Source: Lingula anatina (taxonomy: Eukaryota > Animalia > Brachiopoda). From it: DNA of 64,000 nt. Of the stretch, positions 40,117 through 53,910 are shown one piece after another. A program made the position numbers and the translations under genes. The notes beneath the pieces are model-generated. The model did not search any database. It worked only from the letters and a program-made list of their open reading frames with translations, and was not told where the DNA came from. The stretch covers positions 2,147,721 to 2,211,720 of the forward strand of contig CM120648.1 of assembly GCA_051362555.1 (NCBI GenBank). The letters run 5' to 3'. The stretch's first letter is position 1, and each line of letters starts with the position of its first letter.

Positions 40117-41628
40117 TGGCGGGTGGAAAATGGTGGAAATTTGAGATTTGTTAGCATTGCATTTGGCATTAATTGCTGTTTTATGCCTTTCTTCTTCATC
40201 TCATAAAAGTCAACTGTGAAAATACTTGACTTATATATAAAGCAGTGGACATAAATTTGCAGGTCTTATACACGTGCCATTTCATGTGCAGGGTGGTTAT
40301 ATTTCCAGTCTGTAAAATTGATTTTATGATGGTATGCAGATGTTCATTTTGAAGTTTAAAATGATGAAAATTCAGTTTGCCATAAAAGTATTATTGGAGA
40401 ATTGTGGCTGATCTGTTAAATGTTTATATATTTGAATTACTAATTTGTGATATTTGAAAAGTATTTTTGTTCTTTAAAAGAACAAATACAGTGATGTTAT
40501 TTTGCCAGTTGATTGTCTTAACTTGCTGCAGCTTGTAGACACTCTTTTTTCTTGCATAATATTACAACATTTAACCAAAGGATTTTTAAGTGTTTATAAA
40601 ATTTATATGAATATTATATTTATCCATATTTAAACTGCTAGTATATTTGCTTTTTACGTGGAACTTTTAAGTAGACTTAGAATTTATAAATATATATATT
40701 ATATATTCAAGACTGCAGAATGCATGTTGCATTGTAAACAAATGTTCTTTTCAATTGTATATTTTAAATATGTATATTCAAGAGTTTTTAAGCTGTAAAA
40801 TTGCTTCAATATGCGATTGAAGAATGGATTGAGAAAGACCATATATTTTCTAGAAGGAAAAACTACAGACCGAATGGTACACATTCTGCCACATAAAAAG
40901 TGAGAAAAAACACCAGTTAAGAACAAATTCTTGTTGAATTATACATTACTAAGTTTAGACAAGATCTGTTGTATCACGTGATAACTTACGCACATAACTT
41001 ACATTTTATGTATTTTGATAGTTAATGACTTACTTAAAGTATATACAGCTGCATATACTGTATACTCGTTCAAACCTTATATCTAGAGCGCAGTATAACG
41101 CCCACGCTGTCATTTTCTTATGCTTAAAGTGAAGAGTGCCACATACGTATATCAGAATATACAATAAAACGTTTTCTTAGAGAAAATTTTATATTGGTGT
41201 TCTTTTGCCAAATTTAGTCCTCACAATTTCAGTGAAGACATTATAACGTGGTTTAAACTTGCTGACTGTAACTTTTCCGAAAATAGTTGTTATTGAATTC
41301 AGTGTTTCTTAAAAATAATTTCAGTAACAGTCCGATTTCACCTAAACTGAGTTCCCGTTACATACCCCCACTGGGCCAGTTTCAGGGGAATGTACCCCAA
41401 ATGTCAGGGCGCTGTAAAGCTAGATTCCTCGCTATACCTTTTCATGTGTTGGCCTCGGTATTGCTGATGTGGGTTACATATGAAATCAAGATCGAGCTGG
41501 CAATACCGAAATCTAGAACCTAGGGTAGGGTCACTGGATACACTACTTGTCAACATACCCAGCTGCTGTTTCCCGTGACCTCTGACATGTCACGTGTAGT
41601 CACCTCCCAGCCGTCGGCACCGTCTGTT

Positions 41629-41846
41629 AGACCCCATTCCCATAGATATTTAGATCGATCTTTCCCCCTGGGGAGTCTCGGTAGATTGGTGTCAGCTTAA
41701 CCGGCTTAAATGTCTGTCCCGTCTACCAAAAGCTGTAAGGGGGTAATAAACTGTCGTGCGCGCTCGGCTGACAGGAATATAATGTGAACCCCCAGGGAGT
41801 TAGGTCGATTCAGATGGATAGATCTTAATCTCTGGAAATGCAGTCA
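41629..41846. mobile_element. MITE-like element, family 2
   Basis: Aligns over its full length to 28493-28719. It abuts a terminus of a related subfamily (41849-41880), which is the reverse complement of 36126-36157. Confidence 0.85.
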
Positions 41847-42305
41847 AAGACTGGGTTCCCATACCTAGATCGATCTAACATACGTGGTGCAGCTCACAGA
41901 CATTTTATCAATAGTGGTTTACTACATCGTGGGCATAGACTATATTTTGTAGGCCATATGTTCATTAATATTTTCTCATCACAGGCAGGTTCTAAGTATT
42001 AGTAGGACACACACACACACACGCACGCACACGCACACACACACATAGCCCTTTCATGTTATCTATATTGGTTGGACGGGAACCGTTTGATACCGTATAT
42101 CTCTTGATTAAATGACGCGCCTCTAAGTAAACAGCGACAAGTTATTTGATTGCACATATCACATATCTACTTTTTCTGAAGAACTGGTATGTAACTCTGA
42201 AATAGTGTCGCTGGCATGGTGCAGTGTTCACGCTGCTTAAACTTATGTTTTCATTACTATTACATTTGTGTCCTCGATCAATGGTTTTCCCTTATTTGCC
42301 ACTTG

Positions 42306-42573
42306 GAGGCCGTTCAGAACAGACGATCCGAGAATCTACTGATCCACGGATCAAATATGGCGAAAAAAGAGTCGACTAATCTTCTGATGGTCTCCCTGCC
42401 TCCACACGCGCCACTGAACGGATTAAATCACGACTCCGAGGTTTAATTGCTAGGCCCCTGCAAGGACAGAGCGTGTGGAGGCAGGGAGACCATCAGCGGT
42501 TTAGTCGGCTCTTCTTTCATGTAGGGTCCGCGATATTTGATCCGTGGATCAGTACACTGTTCTGAATAGTCTC
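42306..42573. mobile_element. Fold-back MITE-like element, family 3
   Basis: Nested inverted arms: ttcagaacag/ctgttctgaa, tactgatccacggatcaaatat/atatttgatccgtggatcagta and ctgatggtctccctgcctccacacgc/gcgtgtggaggcagggagaccatcag. The inner unit 42339-42552 is flanked by TA. Confidence 0.8.
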
Positions 42574-43140
42574 ATAATCATATTTGGTAGGGGAGGGGAG
42601 TACTGACTCAATTCCCACACTAATTATTATATCATTTTAAATCCCAAAACGAATTCTTTGTTAAGTCTCAAAAGGTAGATTTAAAATAAATCACGCTGGG
42701 CTTTACAATAAAATGATGATTCAAATGAGAAACACGTTCATTTTCGTTATCTAATTATCATGTTTACTATTTTGTTTATTTTTAATCTTATTATACTTAA
42801 TTATTAATTATTATACTATTTTAGCATTAACAATTATTTCTTTTTTTTTTTCGTTACGGGCTTCTTATAAACATGTCTTAAAGAGAGTCGTAATAACGCT
42901 ACCGGGTTCAGCTGGTTAAGAATTATCTGCAACTAAGAATAAGCCGAAACGACCCTGTGGAAAATATTCACTTTAAAGAGCAAACATTTCATATTTGCAT
43001 ATTTATAATCTGACTTGATATGAATAATTTTACAGTTTGACTTTGATTTTATTATTTGTTTGAATACGAATTTCAGTAAAATCAAAATAAAGAATTGAAT
43101 ATCTACGGTTTCTTATCTAGTTTAGTTCTTATTTTTTACG

Positions 43141-43237
43141 TCAGTAGGACGCGAGAAGGTTTTGTGGAAGAAGGAGCTGGCTGTTGCAGTCCTTTTACTA
43201 CCAAGTACCAAACCTGAGAAAACAGAAACAAATATCT
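43141..43237 (+). other. Non-coding leader exon of paralog C, starting at an Inr-like TCAGT
   Basis: TCAGT at 43141, aaggagc core, and aaatatct|GTAAGT donor. Confidence 0.6.
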
Positions 43238-44122
43238 GTAAGTTTTTTTTTATTTCTATATTGTCGTCTTAAGCTTGTGTTAGGGTGATGTTTAATTAGG
43301 GTTACCGTTAAATCGTGTTAGTTTTTATGAAATTCATAATTGTGAGCATTCACCCAACGACTGAAAGCGAAGAACATCAGATGCACGTAGACCCAGGTTA
43401 TCATTCATGGCCTTGATTTCTCCGTAGTACCTATCTTGCACGAGATACAGGTGTGGACTTTTCACGAGTAGCCATACCGCACGTCTCAACATTATGGGAT
43501 GCGTACTTGCTTTTCGCAACTTGAATTTTTCGCTCAAGCAACAAATTTTTGAACAGCAGTTGCCCAACAATACAAGTAATTTTCTATTACTGCCATCCAC
43601 GTATCTGTATTATTTGTGATTTAGACACTGTCTTATATATCTGTTGGCCTTCTGCTCAATAAATATTTGTTTTTACTGATGAGTCATTTTTCTTTTCGGT
43701 CGCGATATTTTAATTTGCCCTAACCCCTTGCACGTAGCACTTTCTTCTCTACAATTTCTATTCAGTCTAACATGACATATTGCAAGCCACCTTTCTCGTC
43801 ATCCAAAGTTTTCATTTGATTGATATGCCTCAGATTCATAACAGAGTAACATGTGAGGTACCACCGCTTCTTGCCGATGTTGACCTAGCATTGACTGACT
43901 ACCTCCAGTTTTAGAGTTAATAATGGCGTTGGTCAGACGTTGACAAAACGTCGGCATGCTATGAGGGACCCAGTGTTAGTTAGACAGTTAGACAATATAT
44001 CTAGCACAATCAAAGCATGTTAATTAGGGGACATGTCACATTAGCTGTCTCCACTTCATTGTCCATTCCAGTGTCAGCAGATAAGTGCGTGTAAACAAGT
44101 TTTTATCACCTTGGCAACCACG

Positions 44123-45431
44123 ATGAACCAGACCCCCCAGAGAGTTCCCTTTCCGGTGTTTTTCACCCAACCCCCTCCAGCATATTTTTCTGAAAGGTAA
44201 GTTCACCTGGGACAGAGGGCAGCGGGTGTTCGTACGTACGTATATTTGCTGATTACCGTTGGAACTTTTTATTCCAATTACCATTGCAGTTCATTGTTCT
44301 AGAAGCCTTATAAAACGTTAATATTTTGACAAAATTTTCAACATATCTACCGGTAAATTCTGCCTATGGTCAGAAACTGCTAGTAGCACATGTTGTGGCA
44401 AATCAAATACCGCGACTATTTTCAGCTTAATATCAAAGTGTTCAATTATTTTGAACTATTTATAAATGGACTCTATAGAGGACACTGGCTGAATGCAGTC
44501 AGATGAACAGTCTAAGACTGCATTCCCAAAGATTTTGATCGATCCATCTAAATCGACCTAACTCCCTGAGGGTTCACGCTAAATCGATGTCAGCCAAGCG
44601 CGCACGGTAGTTAATTACCCCCTTACAGCTTTTAGTAGGCAGGACAGACACTTAAGCCGGCTAAGCTGACAGTAATCTGGTGAGACTCCCCACAGGGATA
44701 GATCGATCTAAAATCTATGGGAATGGGGTCTTACACGCCTCCACCTGGTGTTGAGTAGAAAACAGGGAAGTTGGTGATTATACAAATACTTTGGGAACAA
44801 GAGGAGGAGCGTAACCTGAGCAAATACAGAAGCTGAACGTTATCATAACGTTACCAAAACGTTAAAATAACAAACAAACAAACAAACAAAAAACGTCATT
44901 GTAACGTTATAAAACTATGTTTGCTGGGTAATCTGATAATCCGTGAAATCATTGTGAACGATCCCTATTGTTTACATACATGCAAAATCACAATAGTTAA
45001 GTAACATTATAGTTAATATTTGTCATTCAATTCGTTCCAGGTACCATCACAAGGCTGGTGTTAGCCTTGGTGTGGCACAGTTGGTGTTTGGGGTGAACTG
45101 TTTTATCCTTGGAATCGTGTATGTTGCCTGGCCGCCTGCCGCGTTCCTCAGCCTTACCAACAGATCCAGTGGAGCCGGGATATGGTGTGGTATTCTGGTA
45201 AGAAAAAAAGAGAGAGAGAGAGAGAGAGAGAGGAAAGGGGGAAGAGAGGGGGAGGGGGTGGAGGGGGGTGTGGGGGGAGAGAGAGAGCGAGAGGCAAAAA
45301 AAGAGAGAGAGAGAGGGGGGGAGAGCGAGTGACAGAGAGACAAAAAAGACAAAGACACGGACGAGGAGAAAGGGAAGGAAAGAGGGAGGATGGAGACAGA
45401 GAGGCCGAGACAGGGACACACGCGCACGCAT

Positions 45432-45466
<35 letters not shown>

Positions 45467-47622
45467 GAGAGAGAGAGAGAGAGAGAGAAGGAGATCGGGA
45501 ATGAAAGAGATGATTCACTGCTGGTTCAGTTAGCCTTCTTTGATAGTATATTATCCACATTATCACACTAACCAAGAATTGTGGTAACACGTAGTATGGA
45601 GCAGTGTAGGTACCATAGCAGTAACTATTATGTACTACTAATATGCGTGAAAGAAAGTAAATCGTATTAGTTTTGTTGGATAAAACTTCCCGAATTCATA
45701 CTGACACAATCACTGTGTGTGTGGCAGGGTTGCATATTGTTAATATTGATTAATTTGGAGATTGTTTTTAGTTCATAGTAACTGGAGTGCTGGGAATTCT
45801 GACGCAAAATAGGGACAAAAGGCTTGTGAGTATAGTTCATCTGCTTTGAATTTTAGATAATGTTATGAGTTTCCTATTTATTATGAACCGTACACAATAA
45901 TCCTTTAATTGAAAAATATAAGTGCTTAATCAAAATGATGATAATTTACTTAGTACATTACGTACCATGTCTATAAGGTTTATGTTTCCACTCCTTGACA
46001 GAACAGCATTCTTATTATGAATTTTAATTTGATTAAAATCACTTTATTTTTTATTTATTAATGCATTTAAATCTTTCCAGATCATCGCATATATGATCAT
46101 GTCTATAATATCAGTCGTTTTTGCTTGGACTGCATTGATAAGTGTATCTGCTATTGACGTCACTGCGAGTGCCATACGAAACCAATACAGCTTGAGCAAC
46201 GATATTGTCACATTTGGATCTTTGATAAATTTCGTATGTGGATTACATGTATTCCTATATTTTGATGACGCAGATAAGCACATTTTTGCTTTAGCCAATT
46301 TGTCACGTTTTCTTTTGTTTAAATGAAATTACTTTGCCAACCCTCAGACATTTTGAGGAAAAATATCAACTTTGTTTTTAAGATTTATTCAAAAACCTAG
46401 GTATGGTCGTTTGCCAAGGCATACTTCTTCACATTTTTGTCAGCACTTGTTGTTATAGCTTTCTTTCCAATTATTTAAACAAAAACTATCTTATGAATTG
46501 TGTATTTGTTGACTATCAAAGGTATTTTACAAATTTTATTTTACAAATTCCTATTTTTATGTTTATTTATCTTAATCTTTTGCCAGGGTTACATCAGCGT
46601 TGGACTGTCTGGGTATATGGTTTTCCTGTCCGTTGTAGAGGGGATTATAGCAATTATTGCATCAGCCTTTTGTTGCCATGGCGTCTGTTGCGGTGCTCAG
46701 GTTAGTGCATTTTGCATATATGAGTTGGCAAAATTTTAGTTATTTCAAAGGTATTATTTTACATAATTAAACTTCACAGTCCCCAATGACATTGCCTGTT
46801 GGCTTAAATAAGACTTCTCCATACTAACTACATAAAGATCTGGATAAACTCGGTGTTAGGCACATGGCTGATCAAGTGGGTCAAAACTTGACTGTCACAT
46901 CTAGCAAAATTCGTCCTCAAATTCCTGTCACATCTAACACAAATATATGTAGACGGTCCTGTCACATTTAGCACAGTTGTGCAACAATGGTGTCACCAAA
47001 CTGTTGCAGCAATATCATCTTTACAACTGCCCGCATTTCACGTTTCTATAATATTTTTGTACACTGTATGATTTTTATCACAACATGTTGTATAATTGTG
47101 TAATATTGTATCATACTGTGTTACAGCCTTCCACCCCAGGAACTGTGGCTTATGCAGAACCCAACATTGGACAAAATGCTATGGCTTACGTGGCACCGGC
47201 ACAGCAAGGTAATGTGAATAGGATGGTCCATTCAAATTACACATTTGGTCATTTGCCCAAAGTACCCACTGTATCTTTAGGAATTACTGTTTTCTAGTTG
47301 TATTTCCTCACAGAATTTTTGAGATATTTAGAGATAATACCCTTGAGGAATTTACCAGTGTCATTATTCTAGATTTGAAAAAATGAAAAGTGAAAAAAAA
47401 CGACTTTCTTTTAATAATATTAATACCACGCAGTTGAATTACGTTGAGGAGTTTGTCTCTCTGGCAGACAAGAGATCCATTATCCTGATCACTATATTAT
47501 AAACACTTTCAGTACCAAATGTGCACTACCCAGGGGTTGGAGGATACTATCCACAGCACCAACAATGGCCGCAGGGGGGCGCCACGGGACAGATGGATGA
47601 ACATATGCCACAGAAGCTGTAA
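44123..47622 (+). CDS. MS4A/CD20-like four-transmembrane protein, paralog C (247 aa, most divergent)
   Basis: Exons 44123-44196, 45041-45197, 45772-45825, 46081-46233, 46587-46700, 47127-47208, 47513-47622; total 744 nt. The position equivalent to the first ATG of B, D and E is TTG (44111), so the second Met is taken as the start. Confidence 0.88.
44515..44731. mobile_element. MITE-like element, family 2, inverted, in intron 1 of paralog C
   Basis: TIRs agactgcattcccaaagattttgatcgatc / gatcgatctaaaatctatgggaatggggtct; flanked by TA on both sides. Confidence 0.85.
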
Positions 47623-49758
47623 TGGCCGGAGCATATTTGCCAAAGTTACCAATACATTTTTTAGTGTTTGTTGTAGTTGGCTGATGGCCATACGGTGTCT
47701 TTCTGCTTCATCTCTTGTGAGTCAATTGGATATATACACGTGTAGGTAGTATAGATGGATAGATAGATAGCTGCTTATCATCAAATGCGCCACTGCTGCG
47801 CAAACAGTTTTAGATATATATAGTATTGTCTGCTAAACCTAAGATGTGCCAGCTTGTTCTACGCCCGGCTAATACAGGTGTTGCAAAGAAGTCAGATGAC
47901 GCTTAACTATTGCAATTTTTTATAAGCTAAGATATGTGTAACATTTCCAGGGTCAGAAGTTTGGCTTGCCATTTTGCACTGCGTTTTTCTTTTACTTTTG
48001 AGTTGCTGATAGGCAACATTCAACGTAAGTTCTTTTGTGAGTTTAGGGCCTGGAGTATGGTGTGGTTTTACTTATACAGAAGAGTGTGTATTTTCATGAG
48101 GAACAAGTACATACTTCTAGTCGAGAAACTTTTTTTATGAACAGCTGGTGATGCTTATTTTGAATATTGTAAGTTTAAAATAGAGAAAATATACTCTTGA
48201 TGAAAATTTAGTTTGCCACGGAAGTGACATTGGTGAGTTGTAAATTGATCTATAATAATTAAGACCCCAAAAATATAATTTCCGACTTTCTGGTGACCAG
48301 ACTGACTTTTGTGAATTCATACGCCCTGAAGAGTAATGGAGCTTTGCGTATACAGGAGTATACATTTGCATTGTACACTTTCGTGTGGAAGGCAATGCTT
48401 TTAATCTGTAAAATGCATTTGATGACCGGTTGTGCCACGGATACCAGGGGTATGACTTACTGGTGAAGTTCATAATACATGACTACAGGGTAAATTAATG
48501 TTAAAAATCAGTTCGCCAGAGGCATATCATAGGTTAGTTGTTGCTGGTACGTTTGGATATATATGTGACTAAATTTAGATATTTCAAGAGCTTTCATATT
48601 GGTACATGTATGTATACCCGAATGCTAAATGTACTACACGGTATGATGCCGTGAGTATGATGTAGTCCGCGTATTGGCCAAGTGGTGTCTTGCTTTAGCT
48701 TATGAACAATTCTTCTTTTTTGGTATATAGTTTTATTGCATTTACCATTTTTAAATATTAGAACAATTTTTATCCTAAAACGTTTGTAGAGTACTGTACA
48801 GCTACAAATAAGTGAAAATTATAAAATCAGATATAGGCCTAAATGGTGTTTTTTTAGAAAGCTTAACTAAACCTCCAAACCCAGATGGAACATTCACATA
48901 TTTGGAATGCCTAAAAAGATATTTGGCTTAACATGTTGAAACATCTCTTCAGAATAAAATTCTTGTTGATTTTGATAAATGAATAAAGGTTTTGTTTCAT
49001 TTAATCAAAACAAACAAACAAAAAAGTGTGAGACTGCATTTATCAAAGATCGGCACAAAATCGGGGTTAAAGTGCCTGTCTGCTTCGAAGTCAGTGCTAC
49101 TTCTCGCTGGCTGCGGGCGGAGTGCTAAAGCCACACCGATCACGACGATTCTTTGCCCACAAGATTACACCTTTTAAAAACTTAAAGGAGATTCATGGCA
49201 TATAATGATAATAAATGAATACATATTGGGTATTACTATAACCACAAAGTCCAATTTTGAAACGCATTTTTATTCTTTATTTGTCTTTTTTCTTAATTTT
49301 TATGATCAATTTTAATCGACTTTGTGTTTACAATAGTAAGAAAAAAACCGCTATTGGGCGCTACGCTGCCAAAGTTTTCAAATCAAAATGTCCTTTGCCT
49401 TTAGTTCAATTTCTCGTTAATAGAAGCCTATATTTACAACTCAGAAAGCTAAATTACATGTATACAGTTCTGGTGCAATGTGTTTACCAACGCCCTAATA
49501 AATTAAGAAATAGTGAGGCAATGATAAGGCTGCCCCAGACAGGTGAAGGCATACCTATAATTAAGAATTAACCGGAATGGCCAGCGTATAAATATTCCCC
49601 GCAAACTGCATGAAGTTAAATTAGATATTACTAATTTACCTGGATATAATCATTTTTCACTTGCTGACTTTGTTTCTCTTTTTTGTTTGTACTCGACAGT
49701 AAAGTCCTAATAAAGATTCAAAATTATACTATTTCGGTTTATTTCTTATTTTTGGGCG

Positions 49759-49854
49759 TCAGTACTGGGTTTTGTTAAAAAAAAGTGAAGCAAGGAGCCA
49801 GTTTGTACATGCCCTCACCTTGCAAGCAGTTAACCTGTGGAAAAACGAATATTT
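49759..49854 (+). other. Non-coding leader exon of paralog D (GC donor)
   Basis: TCAGT at 49759; ends gaatattt|GCAAGT where the paralogs have GTAAGT. Confidence 0.55.
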
Positions 49855-50304
49855 GCAAGTTTCTATTACATACTTTAGTTTGTTTGTATTAGAATACCGG
49901 TAAAAGCTTTGTCGCTTTCAATAGAGTAACATGTACAGTAACATGTATTCGCTTGCTATTAAATTCAAAATTTTAAGTATTGAACTAAAGATCTAGACAG
50001 AAAACTGGAAAACTTAAAGTGCACCTAGCCCGACGTTATCATTAATGGCCTACATTTGTTTGAATAGACCAGGAAGCAATTTCTGACAGCGCGTATCAAA
50101 CACGACAGTTATTGGCCGCTGCGATTAGTAAGGCATCTCATCGCACGCGGAGATACACCAGGTGTAAGACGTACCTACATTAATAGAAATAATAACTGGG
50201 TTAATTCTGTCATTCTTGTCACTATCGGATTGTCAAGAACTAACACACAGGTAACCAGTGAAAGGATTGGAAGATGCTTTCGGCCAGTGTCAGATGGTAT
50301 CGTA

Positions 50305-50546
50305 CCGTGTAACAGGAATCTAAGTCCGCTAGGAACCGTAGTCCGCTTCCAATTACTCCGTATAGGTTAGACTCGTCCCATATACTTACCCCAATACTCG
50401 GACCAACCCTAACCTGTACTAATCAGATGGGAGCCTGGACTTCCATTCCTAGGACTACCATTCCTGCCACACCGCTAACCCTAACCTGTACAAATCATAT
50501 GGGGGCCTGGACTTCCATTCCTAGGACTATCATTTCTGTCACACTG
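50305..50546. mobile_element. Short TIR element with an internal ~70-bp tandem duplication (aaccctaacc-containing)
   Basis: Ends cgtgtaacaggaat / atttctgtcacactg; two copies of aaccctaacctgtac..atca.atggg.gcctggacttccattcctaggacta; only the 3' remnant is present in E (~56970-57014). Confidence 0.6.
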
Positions 50547-50719
50547 GCAATACCAGCAGGTTGACGCATTAGATAGTTGCGCCTCATTGAAACAGAGCAG
50601 CTTCCAGATATAAACAAAACAAAACAAAAAACATTTTACTTATAGGATATTTTTCATTTCAGTGTCTACCCTTTTATCTTTTCCAGTAAATAAACAAAAG
50701 TAAACGAGATTCTATCACC

Positions 50720-53700
50720 ATGACAACAGTGATGTGCCAGACCCCCCAGGTAGTAAGACAACCGGTGATTATCACAGTGCCAACTGCTGGAGGTTCTTCG
50801 CCATTTATTGCTGAAAAGTGCGTACATGTATATATGTGAGATTAACGTTTGAGTTGCCTGTATAATCTTTACTGGTTTTACACACTTTCTTAATCTTTGC
50901 TAAGATCAGGTTCGACGAATGCAGACAGGTACATGTACATGGACGTATTTGTTCCTAAGAGGATCCGAAGATTAACCAAAATTGAAAAGCAGCAAAATCA
51001 AGCTTGTTTTATACTAAAACACCTATAGCAGTAAATGGTAGAAATGTATCGAATATTATCAAGTTGTGGTAAAAAAGCGAGGGGAGGCATGTGAATGATA
51101 TTTCAAATGTATACTTGCTTCATATCCGATCTTGCAAATGGCCGGTTCCACACTAAAACAACATCATCAACATTCTATTTTTATGTTATCATTTTTCTCA
51201 AATTTGTGTTTTAAGCATAAACAATTAATTTTTGTTTTATTTGGTAATTTTGAGTAGAATAGAATCAGTAATAACTAATATAAACCTATTTTGGCGTAAT
51301 AAACATTTTGGCAAGATACTTGTACAGGGGGCAGTGGGCAACTAAGTGCAAAATCCATATTGTGCGTAAATGCCATAGTTCTTAATTGAAGTATTTTGAC
51401 ATAATCAAGTGCATAAGAAAAAGAGAGAAAAAAAAAAAAAAAAAAAAAAAGCATGATTAATATTTCTGAACATATGCAGTATTTGTTCCAGGTACATGCA
51501 CAGAGCTAGTGTTGGCCTTGCTATAACACAGTTTATTCTTGGGGTTATCTCTTTTGTCATTGGAATTGTTATTGCTGCCTGGGTTCCAGCAGGATCTTTT
51601 GACACTATTAACCATCACACCGGGGCTGGGATGTGGTGTGGCATTGTGGTAAGGAGAGAGACAGAGACAGATAGGGTTACAGAGAGAGAGAGACAGAGAC
51701 AGGCAGAGAGACAGAGAGAGAGAGAGAGTCCATTATTGGACTAAGCAGCGTAACTTACATAGCAACATGTGACAGAATCTCTAATATGATAATTTGAGAA
51801 ACAAAGGTGTTAAATTAATTATAGAACTTCTGTTCTCAGAATATCAAAAAAATATTATATAATATACCTGTAAATATTGACTTATATAAGTGATTTTTAG
51901 TTCATAGTTACTGGAGTACTGGGGATTCAAACACGAAAGAAGAATAAGGGATGGGTGAGTTCCCATAGTTTATCCACCTTAAATAATGACTTCTGTATTT
52001 CCAAGAAGCGTTAAAACCTAGAACTGGAAAAATAATCCTTAATCGAACACCGATGAAAAATTTAATAAAATTAACGATTACAAAACTCATACTTTTATAT
52101 GTCCTTCGATTGTCATAGCATTGGAAAACTCTTTTTTTTTTCATTTGTTCATTTGTGCGTATATTTCCAGATCATCTCATACATGATCATGTCTATCATA
52201 TCAGCCGTTATTTCATGGATTGTCTTGATGGGCATTTCTTCTATTGATCTTGTGTATGTCGGAACGAGTTTTTGGTTTGATTTGACATATTACGTAAGTG
52301 GCCTAATTTCATCTGTATATTGTTATGGCGGTCTAATTGCATGACTTGATGAGCTTTTGCTTTGGTTTCGTCCATTTGGTTAGATTTGAGTTTAGTTAAA
52401 TGAAGCTTCTTTTCAAAGCAAGAGACATTTTGTAGAAGTCATTTAGATCTTTGTTATATTTAGACTGTTTATGCCAAAGTATTTTACAATCATTTGCTGG
52501 GGTCTTCTTATAGACCTATATATTTTTTGTTTGAGTGATAGTTTTCAAATATTCCCTCCCAATTAAAAGAAAGTAAAATATGTTTGACATGAAATGAGCA
52601 ATATCACAGGTATTTTACACATTTGAAACGCATATATTGATAGAATTTTTGTCTTATTCCTTTTGCAGGAAAGTGTCATCTCGGGACTATCTTGGGTTTT
52701 TATCTTCCTCTCCATTGCAGAGGGGGTGGTAGCCGTTATCTCATCAGCTATTTGTGGCCATGCAGTCTGTTGTTGTTCCAAGGTCAGTGTTGTTTTTACA
52801 AATTGGAGCCGTGAAATGTATTTTAAAAATTATATTTTTTAAACATATTTTCTTTCATACCTACTAACACCAACGTTAAGGTAAAACCGCAAGTGATTTT
52901 TTTTTAATTAGACAACTCCAAAAGGTAAGGTGTACTGGAAGGAAAAAGATCATCACTGACGCTACTGGTTCATCTAACGCAATAATTTTCTGTCACATCC
53001 GCACCATGAGCTCAAAACTTCCGATCACATCTAACGCAAATTATACAGAACCTCTTGTAGCAACTTGTGCAGCAAAGTCACCTCTTACAGCTACCTGCAT
53101 GTCACTTGTATCAACGTTTATCTAGTATTTTTATATGGTATCATTTATATAATGTCATATCATATCAATAAAAATATATCACATCAATAAAACATTCTGT
53201 ATCATATAATATTGCAGCCTACCACCCAGGGTACTGTCAACTATACTGTACCCAACACTGGACAAAATACTGTGGCTTTTGTGGCACCTGGACAACAAGG
53301 TAATGTGAATAAAAAAAGAAGGAATTTTACTTTTATCAAATGGGATTGAGAGAATTTCACAATTTGTGAAGCCATCATTTGGATGACAAATGAGTGCTGC
53401 CATCTTTGAATCATTAATAAAGGATATATGTAATGCTATCTATGGATCATTCATATTATAGATTTGACCGCTTGCCCCAAGTGTCTGGAGTAACTTTGGT
53501 CATTAAGTTTTATTTCCTCGCGGAATTGGTTGAGATGTTGAAAGGTACACGGTATTTGCTTTGGGAAATTTGTCAGTGATTCTTTTTTAGGTAGAAATTG
53601 TTTCTGTGATTCAATAATATGGGCACTACACAGCTGAATTAACGTTCGAGAGTATTTTTCTTCGGGAGATTATACACGCATTCTTCTCGTCTAATCATCA

Positions 53701-53910
53701 AAAACTCACCTCCTTTCAGGATTTGTGTTCTACCCACAGCCTTTCTGTAACCAGAATCCTCCAGCTTACATGTACAACACTGCCCAACAACAACAGCAAC
53801 AGCAGTGGCCACAACAACAACCACCCCAGTCACAGGCACAGTATCCAGAGAGACATCCAGAGGATGACGCCTCAGGACAACAGACAGAATCTCTGCAACA
53901 GAAACTGTAA
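50720..53910 (+). CDS. MS4A/CD20-like four-transmembrane protein, paralog D (272 aa)
   Basis: Exons 50720-50817, 51492-51648, 51901-51954, 52171-52293, 52669-52782, 53218-53299, 53720-53910; total 819 nt, in frame. Confidence 0.92.

Noticed and set aside
43334-43600. 88-aa minus-strand ORF in the leader intron of paralog C
   Set aside because: No recognisable motif or splice context and no counterpart in the paralogs.
45027-45590. Several overlapping long ORFs (up to 187 aa)
   Set aside because: Products of GA/CA microsatellites lacking stop codons; only exon 45041-45197 is supported. The same applies to the ORFs at 9662, 30784, 37310 and 57923.
49257-49571. 104-aa ORF repeated at 56030-56377 as a small gene family
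   Set aside because: TTG start, AT-rich, and a poly-A expansion in the second copy; the similarity is explained by the D/E duplication of upstream DNA.
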